Notes: a model not told the origin generated them from the sequence alone. A stretch of 64,000 bases of DNA from Eledone cirrhosa (GCA_964016885.1 OZ024752.1:6634001-6698000), one strand, 5' to 3'; numbered from the stretch's first letter, positions 36,841 through 51,184 are shown. Made by a program: numbers and translations.

Positions 36841-37337
36841 CTAGCCCAATTACCCGCACCTTGCTGCATTTCACACATTTTTGGGGTAAGAAAATGATGA
36901 CTGATTTTAAATCAGTGATATAATTTATGGAGAAAAATTCTGCATTTCTATATTACTCAATGTGAAATGTAATGCATGAAAAATTGGAAAACATTATTTT
37001 TTGTAATATATCAAATCAAAATTACATTATTAAATCTTATTCTTATTTTGTTTCTTGAAATTTGCTGAAATTTTGTGAATAGGCATCATATCTTGTCATT
37101 TACCTATGGTTTAAATTTCATATAAATCGAAGGGAAAAATTTTTCCGGGGTGGGGAGCTGGGGGGCTTTGTGCCCCCGGGGAACCCTTTAATTAGAGTGA
37201 AATATACTTATCCAAGTACCCTGGGAAATGTAGTTTCAGAATATATATGGTTATAGGGGATCTATCTCCAAAACCATAGAGTTTGTGAACAAACAAACAA
37301 ACAGACTGACAGACAGGAATACAACTTTATATATAGA
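36841..37337 (-). mobile_element. Probable non-autonomous Helitron
   Basis: Minus strand starts TCTATATATAAAG followed by (TGTC)n/(TTTG)n, and ends GCGGGTAATTGGGCTAG|T (5'-TC, 3'-CTAG); no TSD. Confidence 0.55.
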
Positions 37338-38069
37338 AGGCATTAAAATGACGATGATGATGATGATATACATATATATAGTAATAATAAATACAAAGAC
37401 CAAAATCCAGAGAGTTTCAGATGATCTCATTTAAGGTGAAAATAGAAATACTTTGCTTGATCCTTTCAATCTCTAATATATATATATATATTATATATAT
37501 ATATTATATATATATATTATATATATATATATAGTAGAGATTAGACGTTCAGGCAAAGAATATATATATACACAAACAAAGGAAAGAAAACAATAGATAA
37601 GAGATGTGCAGTATGCTGTACAAGTAGGAATAACATATGCAGTAGAGATAAATGAAATGTGTATAGAATTGTACTCCTGAAAGAGAAGCAAATATTTCTG
37701 TTGCCAGACTGTCCCAGCCAACCAGCTAGCTATTCACCTCACCTCACTACTACACTACAACATGTACAGCTAGTGTTATATCAGAGGTGACAAAGATAGA
37801 TGGAGGGAGAGATATATATATAGAGGAAGTAGAGAAGGAGGGGGTATAGACAAAGTGAGAAATTTAGAGGTAGGAAAGAAAAGAAAAAAGAGGAGAGAGA
37901 AGAAGGGAGGCAATGTTGAAGAGAGCATATGTATGAGAGAGAGGGGAAGAGATGGTGAAAGCGAGAGAGATAAAGAAATAGAGAGAGGGAGAGATGGTAA
38001 TAGAGAGAGGAAGAGATGGTGACAGTGAGAGAGATAAAGAAAGACAGAACGGAAGAGAGAGGGAGAGAT

Positions 38070-39012
38070 GGTTCTACCACACATACTAGTTCTACCACAC
38101 AAGACTGGCTCTACCACACATGGTTGGTTCTACCACACAAGACTAGTTCTAGCACACAAGACTAGTTCTACCACACACAGTTGGTTCTACCACACAAGAC
38201 TAGTTCTACCACACATGGTTGGTTCTACCACACAAGACTAGTTCTAGCACACAAGACTGGCTCTACCACACATGGCTGGTTCTACCACACAAGACTGGCT
38301 CTACCACACATGGCTGGTTCTACCACACAAGACTGGCTCTACCACACATGGCTGGTTCTACCACACAAGACTGGCTCTACCACACAAGACTGGCTCTACC
38401 ATACATGGCTGGTTCTACCACACAAGGCTAATTCTACCACACAAGGCTAATTCTACCACACAAGATTGGCTCTACCACACATGGCTGGTTCTACCGCACA
38501 AGACTAGTTCTACCACACAAGACTGGCTCTACCACACATGGCTGGTTCTACCACACAAGGCTAATTCTACCACACAAGGCTAATTCTACCACACAAGATT
38601 GGCTCTACCACACATGGCTGGTTCTACCACACATGGCTGGTTCTACCGCACAAGACTAGTTCTACCACACAAGACTGGCTCTACCACACATGGCTGGTTC
38701 TACCACCCATGGCTGGCTCTACCACACAAGACTGGCTCTACCACACATGGCTGATTCTACCACACATGGCTGGCTCTACCAAACAAGACTGGCTCTACCA
38801 CACAAGACTGGCTCTACCACACAAGACTGGCTCTACCACACAAGACTGACTACCACACATGGCTGATTCTACCACACATGGCTGGTTCTACCACATATGG
38901 CTGGTTCTACCACACATGACTAGCTCTACCACACAAGACTAGCTCTACCAACCAAGGCTAGTTCTACCAACCAAGACCAGTTCTACCAACCAAGGCCAGT
39001 TCTACCATACAA
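38070..39012. repeat. 19-bp minisatellite (GTTCTACCACACAAGACTG variants)
   Basis: CTACCACACA recurs every 19 bp. Confidence 0.93.
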
Positions 39013-40329
39013 GGATGTTTATTTATCGAAAAACTTTCCATCATAATTTTATTTACAAACTTGTTTCAAACACCAGCTTAATGAGAAAATTAGTTATATT
39101 ACTAAATCAATCCCACTTCATTATTTTCAAAATGATTTGACAATCATATGTAGTGTCCATCATTAGAAATAAGGTATGAGAAAGGTTAAGGTAGACAGGT
39201 GTAATTTGAGGGAAATGTGACTGTTATTTCTAGCAGGTAGAGATTCTCTCATGACTTGAATTGATTCCATAAAGACTCTCTCATTGGCTCAAAGTAAATG
39301 TATAGAAGTTCCCCCATTGGCTTTTCTTCCTCATATGGAAGAATATTTAGGCAGTTAGGGCACAATGACACAGCAGTTTAGGCCTTGATATTGCATTTAG
39401 TTCTGTTCTCTCCAGAGACTGCTTAAAACAACAACCCCAGCCTCTTGCCTGACAGTATATTAATAGCTATATATAGCAAATATTACAGAAGACAACACTG
39501 AAAACAAGGTTTCAGTTTACCAACAGTCAGTTTGCCTTTTAAACATTAAGTTTTACTCATTATGTAAATAAAGATAGGAGAGAGGACAGATGGAAAAATT
39601 AACAGAACAAAAGAATAAAGAAGAATAGAAATATGTTATTCCTGACTTTTTTGGCTCCCTACCTCCTCCCAGTTTGTATTTAAGTTGGATTTTTTTTTTT
39701 ACTCCTGAGAGGGTTATTTCTTAAAGAAACTGATACAATACCATCTTTTAATATTGTGCAGTATTTCATACACACTCCACTCTACAAATTCTGATATTCC
39801 CTCTGGGGTATTTAACTTGCTTCAGTCTAAACCACAAACAATAAAGGACACCAATGAAGACTCTCACAGGCACAAGACCATTTCTTTTTTTTCAAGTCAC
39901 AGTCTCACTATCACTTTACTGGTGACATGTATTGTATTACTGACCCTTAGAGAGTTGAAAGGTAAAGTTAATTCAGGTGGGATTTGAACACAACATAGAT
40001 AGTGTACAGAAATATGTAGTTCAAAGAAACAACAGCGAATTGCTCTCTAATATCTGAACTATCTTCACGGGAATATATTTCTTTAGAAATCTTTAAAAGA
40101 CATGTTTTTATATAATTTCACTAAATAATCATAAATGCTATATATTTCTGAGCAAGGAAAATCACTGAACTTTTAGTCTCTGTTCAGACACTAACCTACA
40201 TTTAAAACATTTCATCTGGTTTCTGTGTTAGGGGTCATATCGATCCCCACCTTCAAGTTGTAACTTGCCTTTCAAATATCTCCTTCATTGGTTGCCTTTG
40301 TAGCAAATAAAAGAAACTGTTATTATTAA

Positions 40330-40610
40330 ATCCCGCCGCTTTCCATGCTTTCCAGCATAGTTACGTCCCTTTACGATCTGAGTTCAAATCCCGCCGAGGT
40401 TGACTTTGCCTTTCATCCTTGCGGGGTCGATAAAATAAAGTACCAGTAATGTACTGGATAATTGCTGGCCTTGTGCCAAAGGTAGAAACAATTATTAAAT
40501 CCCGCCGAGGTTGACTTTGCCTTTCATCCTTACGGGATTGATAAAATAAAGTACCAGTAATGCACTGGGATAATTGCTGGCCTTGAGCCATAAGTAGAAA
40601 CAATTATTAT
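40330..40610 (+). mobile_element. Two tandem tRNA-SINE copies
   Basis: Same family as 9994-10183; the second copy starts at AAATCCCGCCGAGG. Confidence 0.85.
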
Positions 40611-40629
40611 TTATTCTATATCTTCATTC

Positions 40630-41070
40630 GGCCAATCCCTCATCAACTTCTTCAAGTTTCACCTGGAAAGGAAGGTGAGGGTGGAGAGAGAAGTGCTGCC
40701 CCCCAGTACATTTGCTAAAAGGTGGGTGAATGTGGCGAGAATGGCTCGTGTGAATGGGCCTACTCTGACCATGCGCCTATAGGCTAGCTAACTTGAGGAG
40801 AGGGGTGTTCTCCCTGGGTGCCCTAGAAGCACAGGGTGGTTCAGGATTGGTGGGGTACCTGAAGCATCCCAGGGTCGTACACCCCCTATCGGGGAATTTA
40901 TTTTGTTATATTTATGCATAGTTTATTTTAATATTTTAATTGTTAAATTAGTCTTGCCATTGTGCACTTTTACTCCACCTTATTGTAAACCCCCACTGTC
41001 CCTGTCTTTGTATTGTCCCCTACATGTCGGCCCTTGTGGCTAATAAATGAAATCATTATTATTATTATTA
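40630..41070 (+). mobile_element. 3' end of a LINE, probably Tx1/L1 clade
   Basis: GQSLINFFKFHLERKVRVEREVLPPSTFAKRWVNVARMARVNGPTLTMRL* (40630-40782), then a UTR with AATAAA and an (ATT)n tail. Clade assigned by recall of the F..RW terminal motif. Confidence 0.55.
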
Positions 41071-41811
41071 ATGTAAACAATACCATGTTTATACAGTTTT
41101 TGTCCTAAATAAATTATCCATTAATGACTCCCATGAAAGCCAGAAATGAAGTGAAAGATAAAAGAATACAGAGTGAAGTGAAGCAATGGGGGACTGACTG
41201 ACCATAATCCAGTCTCTATTGCCGCCATATCTGTATTAGGAATCTATTAACAAGATACCAGACCTCATTGACTTACAGAACTTAAAGGTTTTGCATGAAA
41301 TTATGAAGAAAGTTCTGGATTAATATAAACACTTTAAAACAAATCATTGTTTTTTTATATAAATAAAAGCCAGAGTGGTTTCATATGGTTTCTTATAAAA
41401 AATGAAGGAATCTATTTTTAATCAGAGAGACAGGAATATAGCCTTGTTTAGGGTTTTGTGTGACCTCACCAAAGGTTAATATTTTGGTGGGATGGAACTT
41501 GCTGTGAGGTTAGACAGAGTGGCTGACCTATGCCAGGAATAAGGTTAAACAAATATGGCTATTTTAGGGATCTTTGGAGACAGGGGTTAAACACAGAATG
41601 AGACTCATTTTGTAGATCATATCTGGAATCTGTTAATGGTAAAGGGACAGTTTGGGAGTGTGAGAGAGGAGGTGAGGGGACAGTCTCAGTGTGTGAGAGG
41701 GGGGGGGGGAGCGGGGGGGGGGGGCAGTCTCAGTGGGGGGGGGGGCGTCTCACACTGACTGTCTCCTCCCTCCCTCTCACACACACACACTGAAACTGCC
41801 TCCCCTCTCAC

Positions 41812-42300
41812 ACACTGAGAGGGAGAGTGTGTATGAGTGTTGTATATGTGTGTATGTGAGAGGGAGTGTGTGAGTGTGTTGTATATGTGTGTATGTGAGA
41901 GGGAGTGTGTGAGTGTGTTGTATATGTGTGTATGTGAGAGGGAGTGTGTGAGTGTGTTGTATATGTGTGTATGTGAGAGGGAGTGTGTGAGTGTGTTGTA
42001 TATGTGTGTATGTGAGAGGGAGTGTGTGTGATTGTGTTGTATATGTGTGTATGTGAGAGGGAGTGTGAGAGTGTGTTGTATATGTGTGTATGTGAGAGGG
42101 AGTGTGTGAGTGTGTTGTATATGTGTGTATGTGAGAGGGAGTGTGTGAGTGTGTTGTATATGTGTGTATGTGAGAGGGAGTGTGTGTGATTGTGAGAGAG
42201 GTGAGAGAGGGAGCGTGTGTGTGTGTGTGGGGGGGGAGTATGTGTGTGTTGTATGCTTGAGTGAGTGTATATGTGTGTGAGTGTATATGTGTGTGAGTGT
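41812..42300 (-). repeat. ~39-bp CA-rich minisatellite, inverted partner of 43718-45810
   Basis: GTGTTGTATATGTGTGTATGTGAGAGGGAG units. Confidence 0.9.
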
Positions 42301-42419
42301 ATATGTGTGTAAGTGTATATGTGTGTAAGTGTATATGTGTGTAAGTGTATATGGGTGTAAGTGTATATGGGTTTGTGTATATATTGAGTGTCTGGAAAAA
42401 TAATAGTTTGCCATAAACG

Positions 42420-42482
<63 letters not shown>

Positions 42483-43273
42483 TGTGTGTGTATATATATA
42501 TATGTATATGTGAGTGTGTGTATGTATACGTATATGAATGTGTGAGTGTGTATGTATGTCTGTATATGTGTATGTATGTCTGTATATGTATATATGTGTC
42601 TGTATATGTATGTATGTGTCTGTAAATGTACGTATGTGTCTATATATGTATGTATCTGTATATTAATGTATGTATGTGTCTGTATATGTATGCTTCTCTC
42701 TGTGTATGTGTATGTATGTGTCAGTGAGTGTATATGTGTGTGTGTATGTGTCTGTATATGTATGCATCTGTGTGTATGTGTGTGTGTGTGTGTGTGTGTA
42801 TGTCTGTGTATGTATGTGTATGTGTATATGTCTGTATGTGTGTATATGTGAGGATATGGCTGTATGCCTGTATGTCTATATATGTCTGTATATATATGTA
42901 TGCCTGTATGTCTATATATGTATGTGTATATGTCTGTATATATATATGTCTGTATATACCTGTATATATATGTCTGTATATGCCTGTATGTCTATATATA
43001 TATGTCTGTATATATATGTATGCCTGTATGTCTATATATGTCTGTATATATATATATATATATGTCTGTATATATATATATATATGTCTGTATATATATG
43101 TCTATATATGCCTGTATATATATGTCTGTATATGCCTGTATGTCTATATATATATGTCTGTATATATATATATGTATGCCTGTATGTCTATATATATATA
43201 TGTCTGTATATATATGTATGCCTGTATGTCTATATATATATATGTCTGTATATATATGTATGCCTGTATGTCT

Positions 43274-43304
<31 letters not shown>

Positions 43305-43539
43305 CCTGTATGTCTATATATGTCTATATATATATATATATGTATGTGTATATATGTCTGTATATATATATATATGTACGAACACCAATGTGAAATCTAA
43401 TGTAAGTTATTTACATTAGATTGTTTTGTTTTTTCTCCTCCAAAGAGAAGGAAGAGAAAGGTCCCCTACTTGAATTATAAAATAATTGGCTTCTATCTGG
43501 CATCACTACTTTACCCCTTCCTTCCTCATAACTTTCTTA

Positions 43540-43718
43540 TAATTGTTTATACTTTTGGCACAAGGCCAGCAATTACCCCAGTGTATTACTGGTACTTTAT
43601 TTTATCGACCCCGTAAGGATGAAAGACAAAGTTAACCACGGAGGGATTTGAACTCAGAATGGCAAGGGCCGTAACTATGCGTCAAAGCATGGCGTCCGAC
43701 CCTCTACCGATACTGCCA
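43540..43718 (-). mobile_element. tRNA-SINE
   Basis: Reverse complement of the family sequence. Confidence 0.88.
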
Positions 43719-45810
43719 CACACTCACACTCATATACACACATACACTCACACACACACTCCCTCTCTCTCTCACTCACGCATACAACACACACATACTC
43801 TCTCCCTCACACACACGCTCCCTCTCTCCCCTCTCTCACACTCACACACACACTCTCCCTCTCACACATATACAACACACTCATACACTCTCCCTCTCAC
43901 ATACACACATATACAACACACTCATACACTCTCCCTCTCACACACACACACACATATACAACACACTCATACACTCTCCCTCTCACACACACACATATAC
44001 AACACACTCATACACTCTCCCTCTCACACACACACATATACAACACACTCATACACTCTCCCTCTCACACACACACATATACAACACACTCATACACTCT
44101 CCCTCTCACACACACACATATACAACACACTCATACACTCTCCCTCTCACACACACACATATACAACACACTCATACACTCTCTCTCTCACACACACACA
44201 TATATACAACACACTCATACACTCTCCCTCTCACATACACACATATACAACACACTCATACACTCTCCCTCTCACACACACACACATATACAACACACTC
44301 ATACACTCTCCCTCTCACACACACACATATACAACACACTCATACACTCTCCCTCTCACACACACACATATATACAACACACTCATACACTCTCCCTCTC
44401 ACATACACACATATACAACACACTCATACACTCTCCCTCTCACACACACACACATATACAACACACTCATACACTCTCCCTCTCACACACACACACATAT
44501 ACAACACACTCATACACTCTCCCTCTCACACACACACACATATACAACACACTCATACACTCTCCCTCTCACACACACACATATACAACACACTCATACA
44601 CTCTCCCTCTCACACACACACATATACAACACACTCATACACTCTCCCTCTCACACACACACAACACACTCATACACTCTCCCTCTCACACACACACAAC
44701 ACACTCATACACTCTCCCTCTCACACACACACACATATACAACACACTCATACACTCTCCCTCTAACATACAGACATATACAACACACTCATACACTCTC
44801 CCTCTCACATACACACATATACAACACACTCATACACTCTCCCTCTCACACACACACATATACAACACACTCATACACTCTCCCTCTCACACACACACAA
44901 CACACTCATACACTCTCCCTCTCACACACACACAACACACTCATACACTCTCCCTCTCACACACACACATATACAACACACTCATACACTCTCCCTCTAA
45001 CATACAGACATATACAACACACTCATACACTCTCCCTCTCACACACACACACATATACAACACACTCATACACTCTCCCTCTAACATACAGACATATACA
45101 ACACACTCATACACTCTCCCTCACACACACACACATATACAACACACTCATACACTCTCCCTCTCACACACACACACATATACAACACACTCATACACTC
45201 TCCCTCTCACACACACACATATACAACACACTCATACACTCTCCCTCTCACACACACACATATACAACACACTCATACACTCTCCCTCTCACACACACAC
45301 AACACACTCATACACTCTCCCTCTCACACACACACAACACACTCATACACTCTCCCTCTCACACACACACACATATACAACACACTCATACACTCTCTCT
45401 CTCACACACACACATATATACAACACACTCATACACTCTCCCTCTCACATACACACATATACAACACACTCATACACTCTCCCTCTCACACACACACACA
45501 TATACAACACACTCATACACTCTCCCTCTGACACACACACATATACAACACACTCATACACTCTCCCTCTCACACACACACATATACAACACACTCATAC
45601 ACTCTCCCTCTCACACACACACATATACAACACACTCATACACTCTCCCTCTAACATACAGACATATACAACACACTCATACACTCCCCCTCTCACATAC
45701 AGACATATACAACACACTCATACACTCTCCCTCTCACACACACACAACACACTCATACACTCTCCCTCTCACACACACACATATACAACACACTCACACC
45801 ATCTCCCTAA
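43718..45810 (+). repeat. ~33-43-bp CA-rich minisatellite
   Basis: ATATACAACACACTCATACACTCTCCCTCT(CA)n units; source of the 826-aa pseudo-ORF. Confidence 0.95.
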
Positions 45811-46206
45811 TGTTCTTATATTTAGAGATGGTCATGTTACCAGTATTGCTAATAATAACAACACACGCTCCATATCATTTTAACTTTATCTTTATTACGA
45901 ATTATTGGTTAGTTCCGTCAAAGTTCTTTCGTCACTCACAATGTGACCTCCTCAATGACTATCTCTTCTCTTTTCTGCCCTCTCTTCTATCTGGTCTTAA
46001 TGTTACTTTGTCTTGTCTCGTTTATTGTATTGGCAATACTGGCAACATCACCCTCCCCAAATATAACAATATTGGTTTCAAAGCAACATCATCAGACTGG
46101 GGCCATGCTGGGGTACAACCTCGATTTAGTCAACCATAACTCCAATTCCAGAACTTATTGTTTTCAAGTCTTCTATTATAATTCTAGAGATTTCTCTAGA
46201 TTTTAA

Positions 46207-47245
46207 CCCTTTAGCATTTAAACCAGCCATATCCAGCCAAAATTCTCTCACCTCTCTCTGTTCAAACTGGCTGTAACTGGCCACTCATGCTGATGTTAAG
46301 GTATTGTTCTCAACATAAATAATATCAAAATCTCATAGATTCGATATTATGTGAGGTAAAGCCTTTATAATGAAAATATAATTGTTTCTACTTTTTTGGC
46401 ACAAGGCTAGCAATTACCCAGTACATTACTGGTACTTTATTTTATCGACCCCGTAAGGATGAAAGGCAAAGTTAACCTCGGCGGGATTTGAACTCAGACC
46501 GTAAAGGGACGTAACTATGCTGGAAAGCATGGCGTCCACCTCTCTACCGATACTGCCAATATAATAGTATATATAGAGTAATGTAAATGTTATGCGAGAT
46601 ATTATGTGAGGTAAAGCCTTTATAATGAAAATACAATAGTATATATAGAGTAATGTAAATGTTATGCGAGATATTATGTGAGGTAAAGCCTTTATAATGA
46701 AAATACAATAGTATATATAGAGTAATGTAAATGTTATGCGAGATATTATGTGAGGTAAAGCCTTTATAATGAAAATATAATAGTAAATATAGAGTAATGT
46801 AAATGTTATGCTAGATATTATGTGAGGTAAAGCCTTTATAATGAAAATATAATAGTAAATATAAAGTAATGTAAATGTTATGCTAGATATTATGTGAGGT
46901 AAAGCCTTTATAATGAAAATATAATAGTAAATATAGAGTAATGTAAATGTTATGCGAGATATTATGTGAAGTAAAGCCTTTATAATGAAAATATAATAGT
47001 AAATATAAAGTAATGTAAATGTTATGCTAGATATTATGTGAGGTAAAGCCTTTATAATGAAAATATAATAGTAAATATAGAGTAATGTAAATGTTATGCG
47101 AGATATTATGTGAGGTAAAGCCTTTATAATGAAAATATAATAGTATATATAAAGTAATGTAAATGTTATGCTAGATATTATGTGAGGTAAAGCCTTTATA
47201 ATGAAAATATAATAGTAAATATAAAGTAATGTAAATGGTAAAGGG
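46207..47245. mobile_element. piggyBac-like MITE with SINE insertion and a ~9.5 x 72-bp array
   Basis: TTAA and TIRs; same unit register as the 24-kb array but different diagnostic bases. Confidence 0.9.
46381..46560 (-). mobile_element. tRNA-SINE nested in a piggyBac-like MITE
   Basis: Family sequence with AATATAAT at both junctions. Confidence 0.88.
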
Positions 47246-47584
47246 TTAAAAATCAAAATGCTAAGATCTGGTACATGAACTGGACCAGATACAAACCACA
47301 GAAAAGTTAAAAGGGCTGAGAGTAAACCTAACAAAAAACAAAGTATAAAAAGTAAGACAGGATGTGACTTAGCTCAACATGTAGAAAAGAAGGAGGCAGA
47401 AAGTCTGATGTTGAGTACACAAGAGGTAGAGTGGGGTAGCAGGCAGACTAAGAGGAAAGGTAGACTTTCATTGAAGCAGATGTACAGAGGTGGGTAGAAG
47501 GAAGAGTTTCAGGGAAAAAAACATTTTCCAATCTCAGAAAGGTTCTATATGTTAATAGCTTCTGATACCTATGTCACCTTATTG

Positions 47585-47860
47585 GCAGTGGAAGAAGTTG
47601 CTTGGAGACTAGAGGAAGAGGTTGCTTGGAGAATATAGAGATTAGTGGGAAAAGTTGCTTGGAGATCATAGAGACTAGAGGAAGAAGTTGCTTGGAGAAC
47701 ATTGAGACTAGAGGAAGTAGTGGAAGAAGTTGCTTGGAGAATATAGCGGTTAGGGAAGAAGTTGCTCTGGAAACAGAGAGACTAGTGGAAGAAGTTGCTT
47801 GGAGAATATAGAGACTAGAGGAAGAAGTTGCTTTGAGAATACAAAGGCTAGAGGAAGAAG
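47585..47860. repeat. ~33-bp degenerate minisatellite
   Basis: GGAAGAAGTTGCTTGGAGAATATAGAGACTAGA variants. Confidence 0.8.
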
Positions 47861-48229
47861 AGAAAAGAAGAAGTTCAGGAAGTTACTACCTCTGTTGACT
47901 ATAAAAGACTTTCTAGGAATGAAAGGTTGGCTGTACGATATCTGTGTGATGTGCAATGGTGCATGGTAGTGAGACATGCTTTTACAATGAAAATGTAATA
48001 GTAAATATAGAGTAATGTAAATGTTAAAGAGTTAAAGTTAAACATGAATACTTTAAAATAAAGTTTCTGCATCAGAGACCGAGAGTCAGCTTTAGGCAGT
48101 CTCAAGTCTGTCACAAGCCTGGTGATTCACAAGCCTGGTGGTTCATCTGCCTGGTGATTCATCTGCCTGGTGGTTCATTTGCCTGGTGGTTCATTTGCCT
48201 GGTGGTTCATCAGCCTGATGCTTATTATG

Positions 48230-48465
48230 GTGTCTGTGGAGCTAAGTGACTGACAGTACAAGACTACCCCTGGACAAGACACCAGTTCATTACTGGGTTA
48301 AGCCCCAAGCTACTGCTGGAACTCATTTTTAGTTGAGTATATCGGAGCAACATGAAATAAAATGTTTTGCTCAAAAACACAACAGACAACCCAGTCCAGG
48401 AATCAAACTCACGACATTATGATTGTAAATTCAACATACTAATCACTAGACCATGTACCTTCACT
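48230..48465 (-). mobile_element. CORE-SINE (second tail type); related copy at 61730-61925
   Basis: GGAGCAACATGAAATAAA...TGCTCAAAAACACAAC plus B-box and A-box remnants. Confidence 0.65.
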
Positions 48466-48533
48466 TCAGGCAGGTGGCTATCAAAAGGGTTAAGTCTATA
48501 TCAGGAATGATATAGACAACAATTACAATAAAC

Positions 48534-48587
48534 AATTGTGTAAACAGAAACTGTGCAGAAGTCTGCACAGTTTCTGTTTACACAATT
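48534..48587. repeat. Perfect 26-bp-arm palindrome
   Basis: AATTGTGTAAACAGAAACTGTGCAGA-AG-TCTGCACAGTTTCTGTTTACACAATT. Confidence 0.92.
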
Positions 48588-48814
48588 TCACTGACAGGAC
48601 TTTGATATAGTAGAAGATACTAGCCCAAGGTACTGTACAGTGAGATCGAACCCCAAACCTTGCGGTTATGAAGTGAACATCTTAACTACAGAGCCATGGA
48701 TACACACCATAAAGATGTTTGCATAATATTTCAAAGGAAGACCCCTACCTCCTCATTGACAGAACAACAGACGTGCAAGGTGCAAAATGTTCTTTAGCAA
48801 CAGGGTACCATAAG

Positions 48815-49118
48815 GGTGGTGATAGTGGTGGTGGTGGTGGTAGTGGTGGTGGTAGTGGTGGTGGTGGTGGTAGTGATGGTAGTAGTGGTGGTGGTGGTAT
48901 TGGTAGTAGTGGTAGTAGTGGTAGTAGTAGCAGTGGTGGTGGTGGTGGTAGTGATAGGGGTGGTGGTGGTGGTGGTAGTGGTGGTGGTAGTGGTGGTGGT
49001 GGTGGTAGTGATGGTAGTAGTGGTGGTGGTGGTGGTGGTATTGGTAGTAGTGGTAGTAGTGGTAGTAGTAGCAGTGGTGGTGGTGGTAGTGATAGGGGTG
49101 GTGGTGGTGGTGGTAGTG
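48815..49118. repeat. (GGT/AGT)n tract duplicated as a ~120-bp block
   Basis: Direct observation. Confidence 0.9.
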
Positions 49119-49139
49119 TTGATTACTTTAATAATAATA

Positions 49140-49968
49140 ATAATTGTTTCTATGTTAGGCACAAGGCCAGCAATTATTCCAGTGTATTACTGGTACTTTA
49201 TTTTATCGACCCCGTAAGGATGAAAGGCAAAGTTAACCTCGGCGGGATTTGAACTCAGAATGGCAAGGGCCGTAACTCCATGCGTCAAAGCATGGCGTCC
49301 GACCCTCTACCACCCATGGCGTCCGACCCTCTACCGCCCTAGTATGGTGTCCGACCCTCTACCGCCCTAGCATGGCGTCCGACCCTCTACCGATACTGCC
49401 AATCTACCACCCATGGCGTCCGACCCTCTACCGCCCTAGTATGGTGTCCGACCCTCTACCGCCCTAGCATGGCGTCCGACCCTCTACCGCCCTAGCATGG
49501 TGTCCGACCCTCTACCGATACTGCCAATCTACCACCCATGGCGTCCGACCCTCTACCGCCCTAGTATGGTGTCCGACCCTCTACCGCCCTAGCATGGCGT
49601 CCGACCCTCTACCGCCCTAGCATGGCGTCCGACCCTCTACCGATACTGCCAATCTACCACCCATGGCGTCCGACCCTCTACCGCCCTAGTATGGTGTCCG
49701 ACCCTCTACCGCCCTAGCATGGCGTCCGACCCTCTACCGCCCTAGCATGGCGTCCGACCCTCTACCGATACTGCCAATCTACCACCCATGGCGTCCGACC
49801 CTCTACCGCCCTAGTATGGTGTCCGACCCTCTACCGCCCTAGCATGGCGTCCGACCCTCTACCGCCCTAGCATGGCGTCCGACCCTCTACCGCCCTAGCA
49901 TGGCGTCCGACCCTCTACCGCCCTAGCATGGCATCCGACCCTCTACCGATACTGCCAATCCACCACCC
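49140..49968 (-). mobile_element. tRNA-SINE with tandemly amplified 5' head (28-bp units, 125-bp higher-order repeat)
   Basis: Units ATGGCGTCCGACCCTCTACCGCCCTAGC; CGATACTGCCAAT recurs at 49391, 49516, 49641 and 49766. Confidence 0.9.
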
Positions 49969-50205
49969 TTTAATAATAATAATAATGTTTTTCTACATGT
50001 AAAAAGTCAATAAGAGAAAATAAAACACAAAAGAAAATAAAGTAGAAAAAACGAAAAGTTAAAGAGTTATATTATATACCCTAAACATGTATATATAAAT
50101 ATATATACATTATATACCCTACATACAGACACATATATATTTCAAATGAATGTATATATACATACATTATACACCCCCCATACACATATATATTTCTAAT
50201 CTATG

Positions 50206-50240
<35 letters not shown>

Positions 50241-50607
50241 TATATACACACATACACACTCCACTACACACACATTTCTAATGTGTGTGTATATATATAT
50301 ATGGTGTATATATATATGGGAGGTAGAAACTGTTTGAAGAGATTATAGAAGGCGGCAAAATGATGTTCTGAGAGAGAGGGGGGAGGGGGAGCGTGGAGGA
50401 GAGAGGTGGAGAGAAAATATTACTGGTGACTGAAGAATCTGAGAATATGATGATGATGATGATACACAAATATATATATATATATGTACACACACGCACA
50501 TAAATATATGCCTATATATATATCATCATCATCATCATTTTAGAGCAGACGTATGATGATGATGATGATGATATATATATATATATAGGCATATATTTAT
50601 GTGCGTG

Positions 50608-50667
<60 letters not shown>

Positions 50668-50720
50668 TGTGTGTGTCTTGAGTTCTAGTCCTGTAGAAGT
50701 CATTTTTATAATAATGATAA

Positions 50721-50758
<38 letters not shown>

Positions 50759-50774
50759 TTATCATTTGAACCAG

Positions 50775-50830
<56 letters not shown>

Positions 50831-51184
50831 CTGGTTCAAAGCCTGTCATCCTTGTTATCTGAACAGCAAAGATACTGGCACTTTAAGATAAAGGGCACCC
50901 CCCACCCCCCACACACCCAGTGTCAGTGCTTCACTATTTTGTTCTCTTCTATTTAATATAACAATGTCAACCCCTCCCCAATCTTATTGTTGATTTTCTT
51001 TTCACAGCCCCCCCCCCCTCCCTAGTTACAGTTAAGGTAACTAAGACCTTGACTACAACTGGTAGATGTCTGTTGTGTTGTGTGTGTCTTGTGTTGTGTG
51101 TCTTGTGTTGTATGTTCTCTGTTGTGTTTTGTTTGTCTTCAAAGTTTCACAATTATCTGTCTACCAATAAAGATACAACAAACA

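Noticed and set aside
43659-46139. 826-aa His/Thr-rich ORF
   Set aside because: Starts in a SINE and runs through a CA-rich minisatellite.
48719-49252. Gly/Ser-rich 177-aa ORF
   Set aside because: (GGT)n microsatellite running into an antisense SINE.
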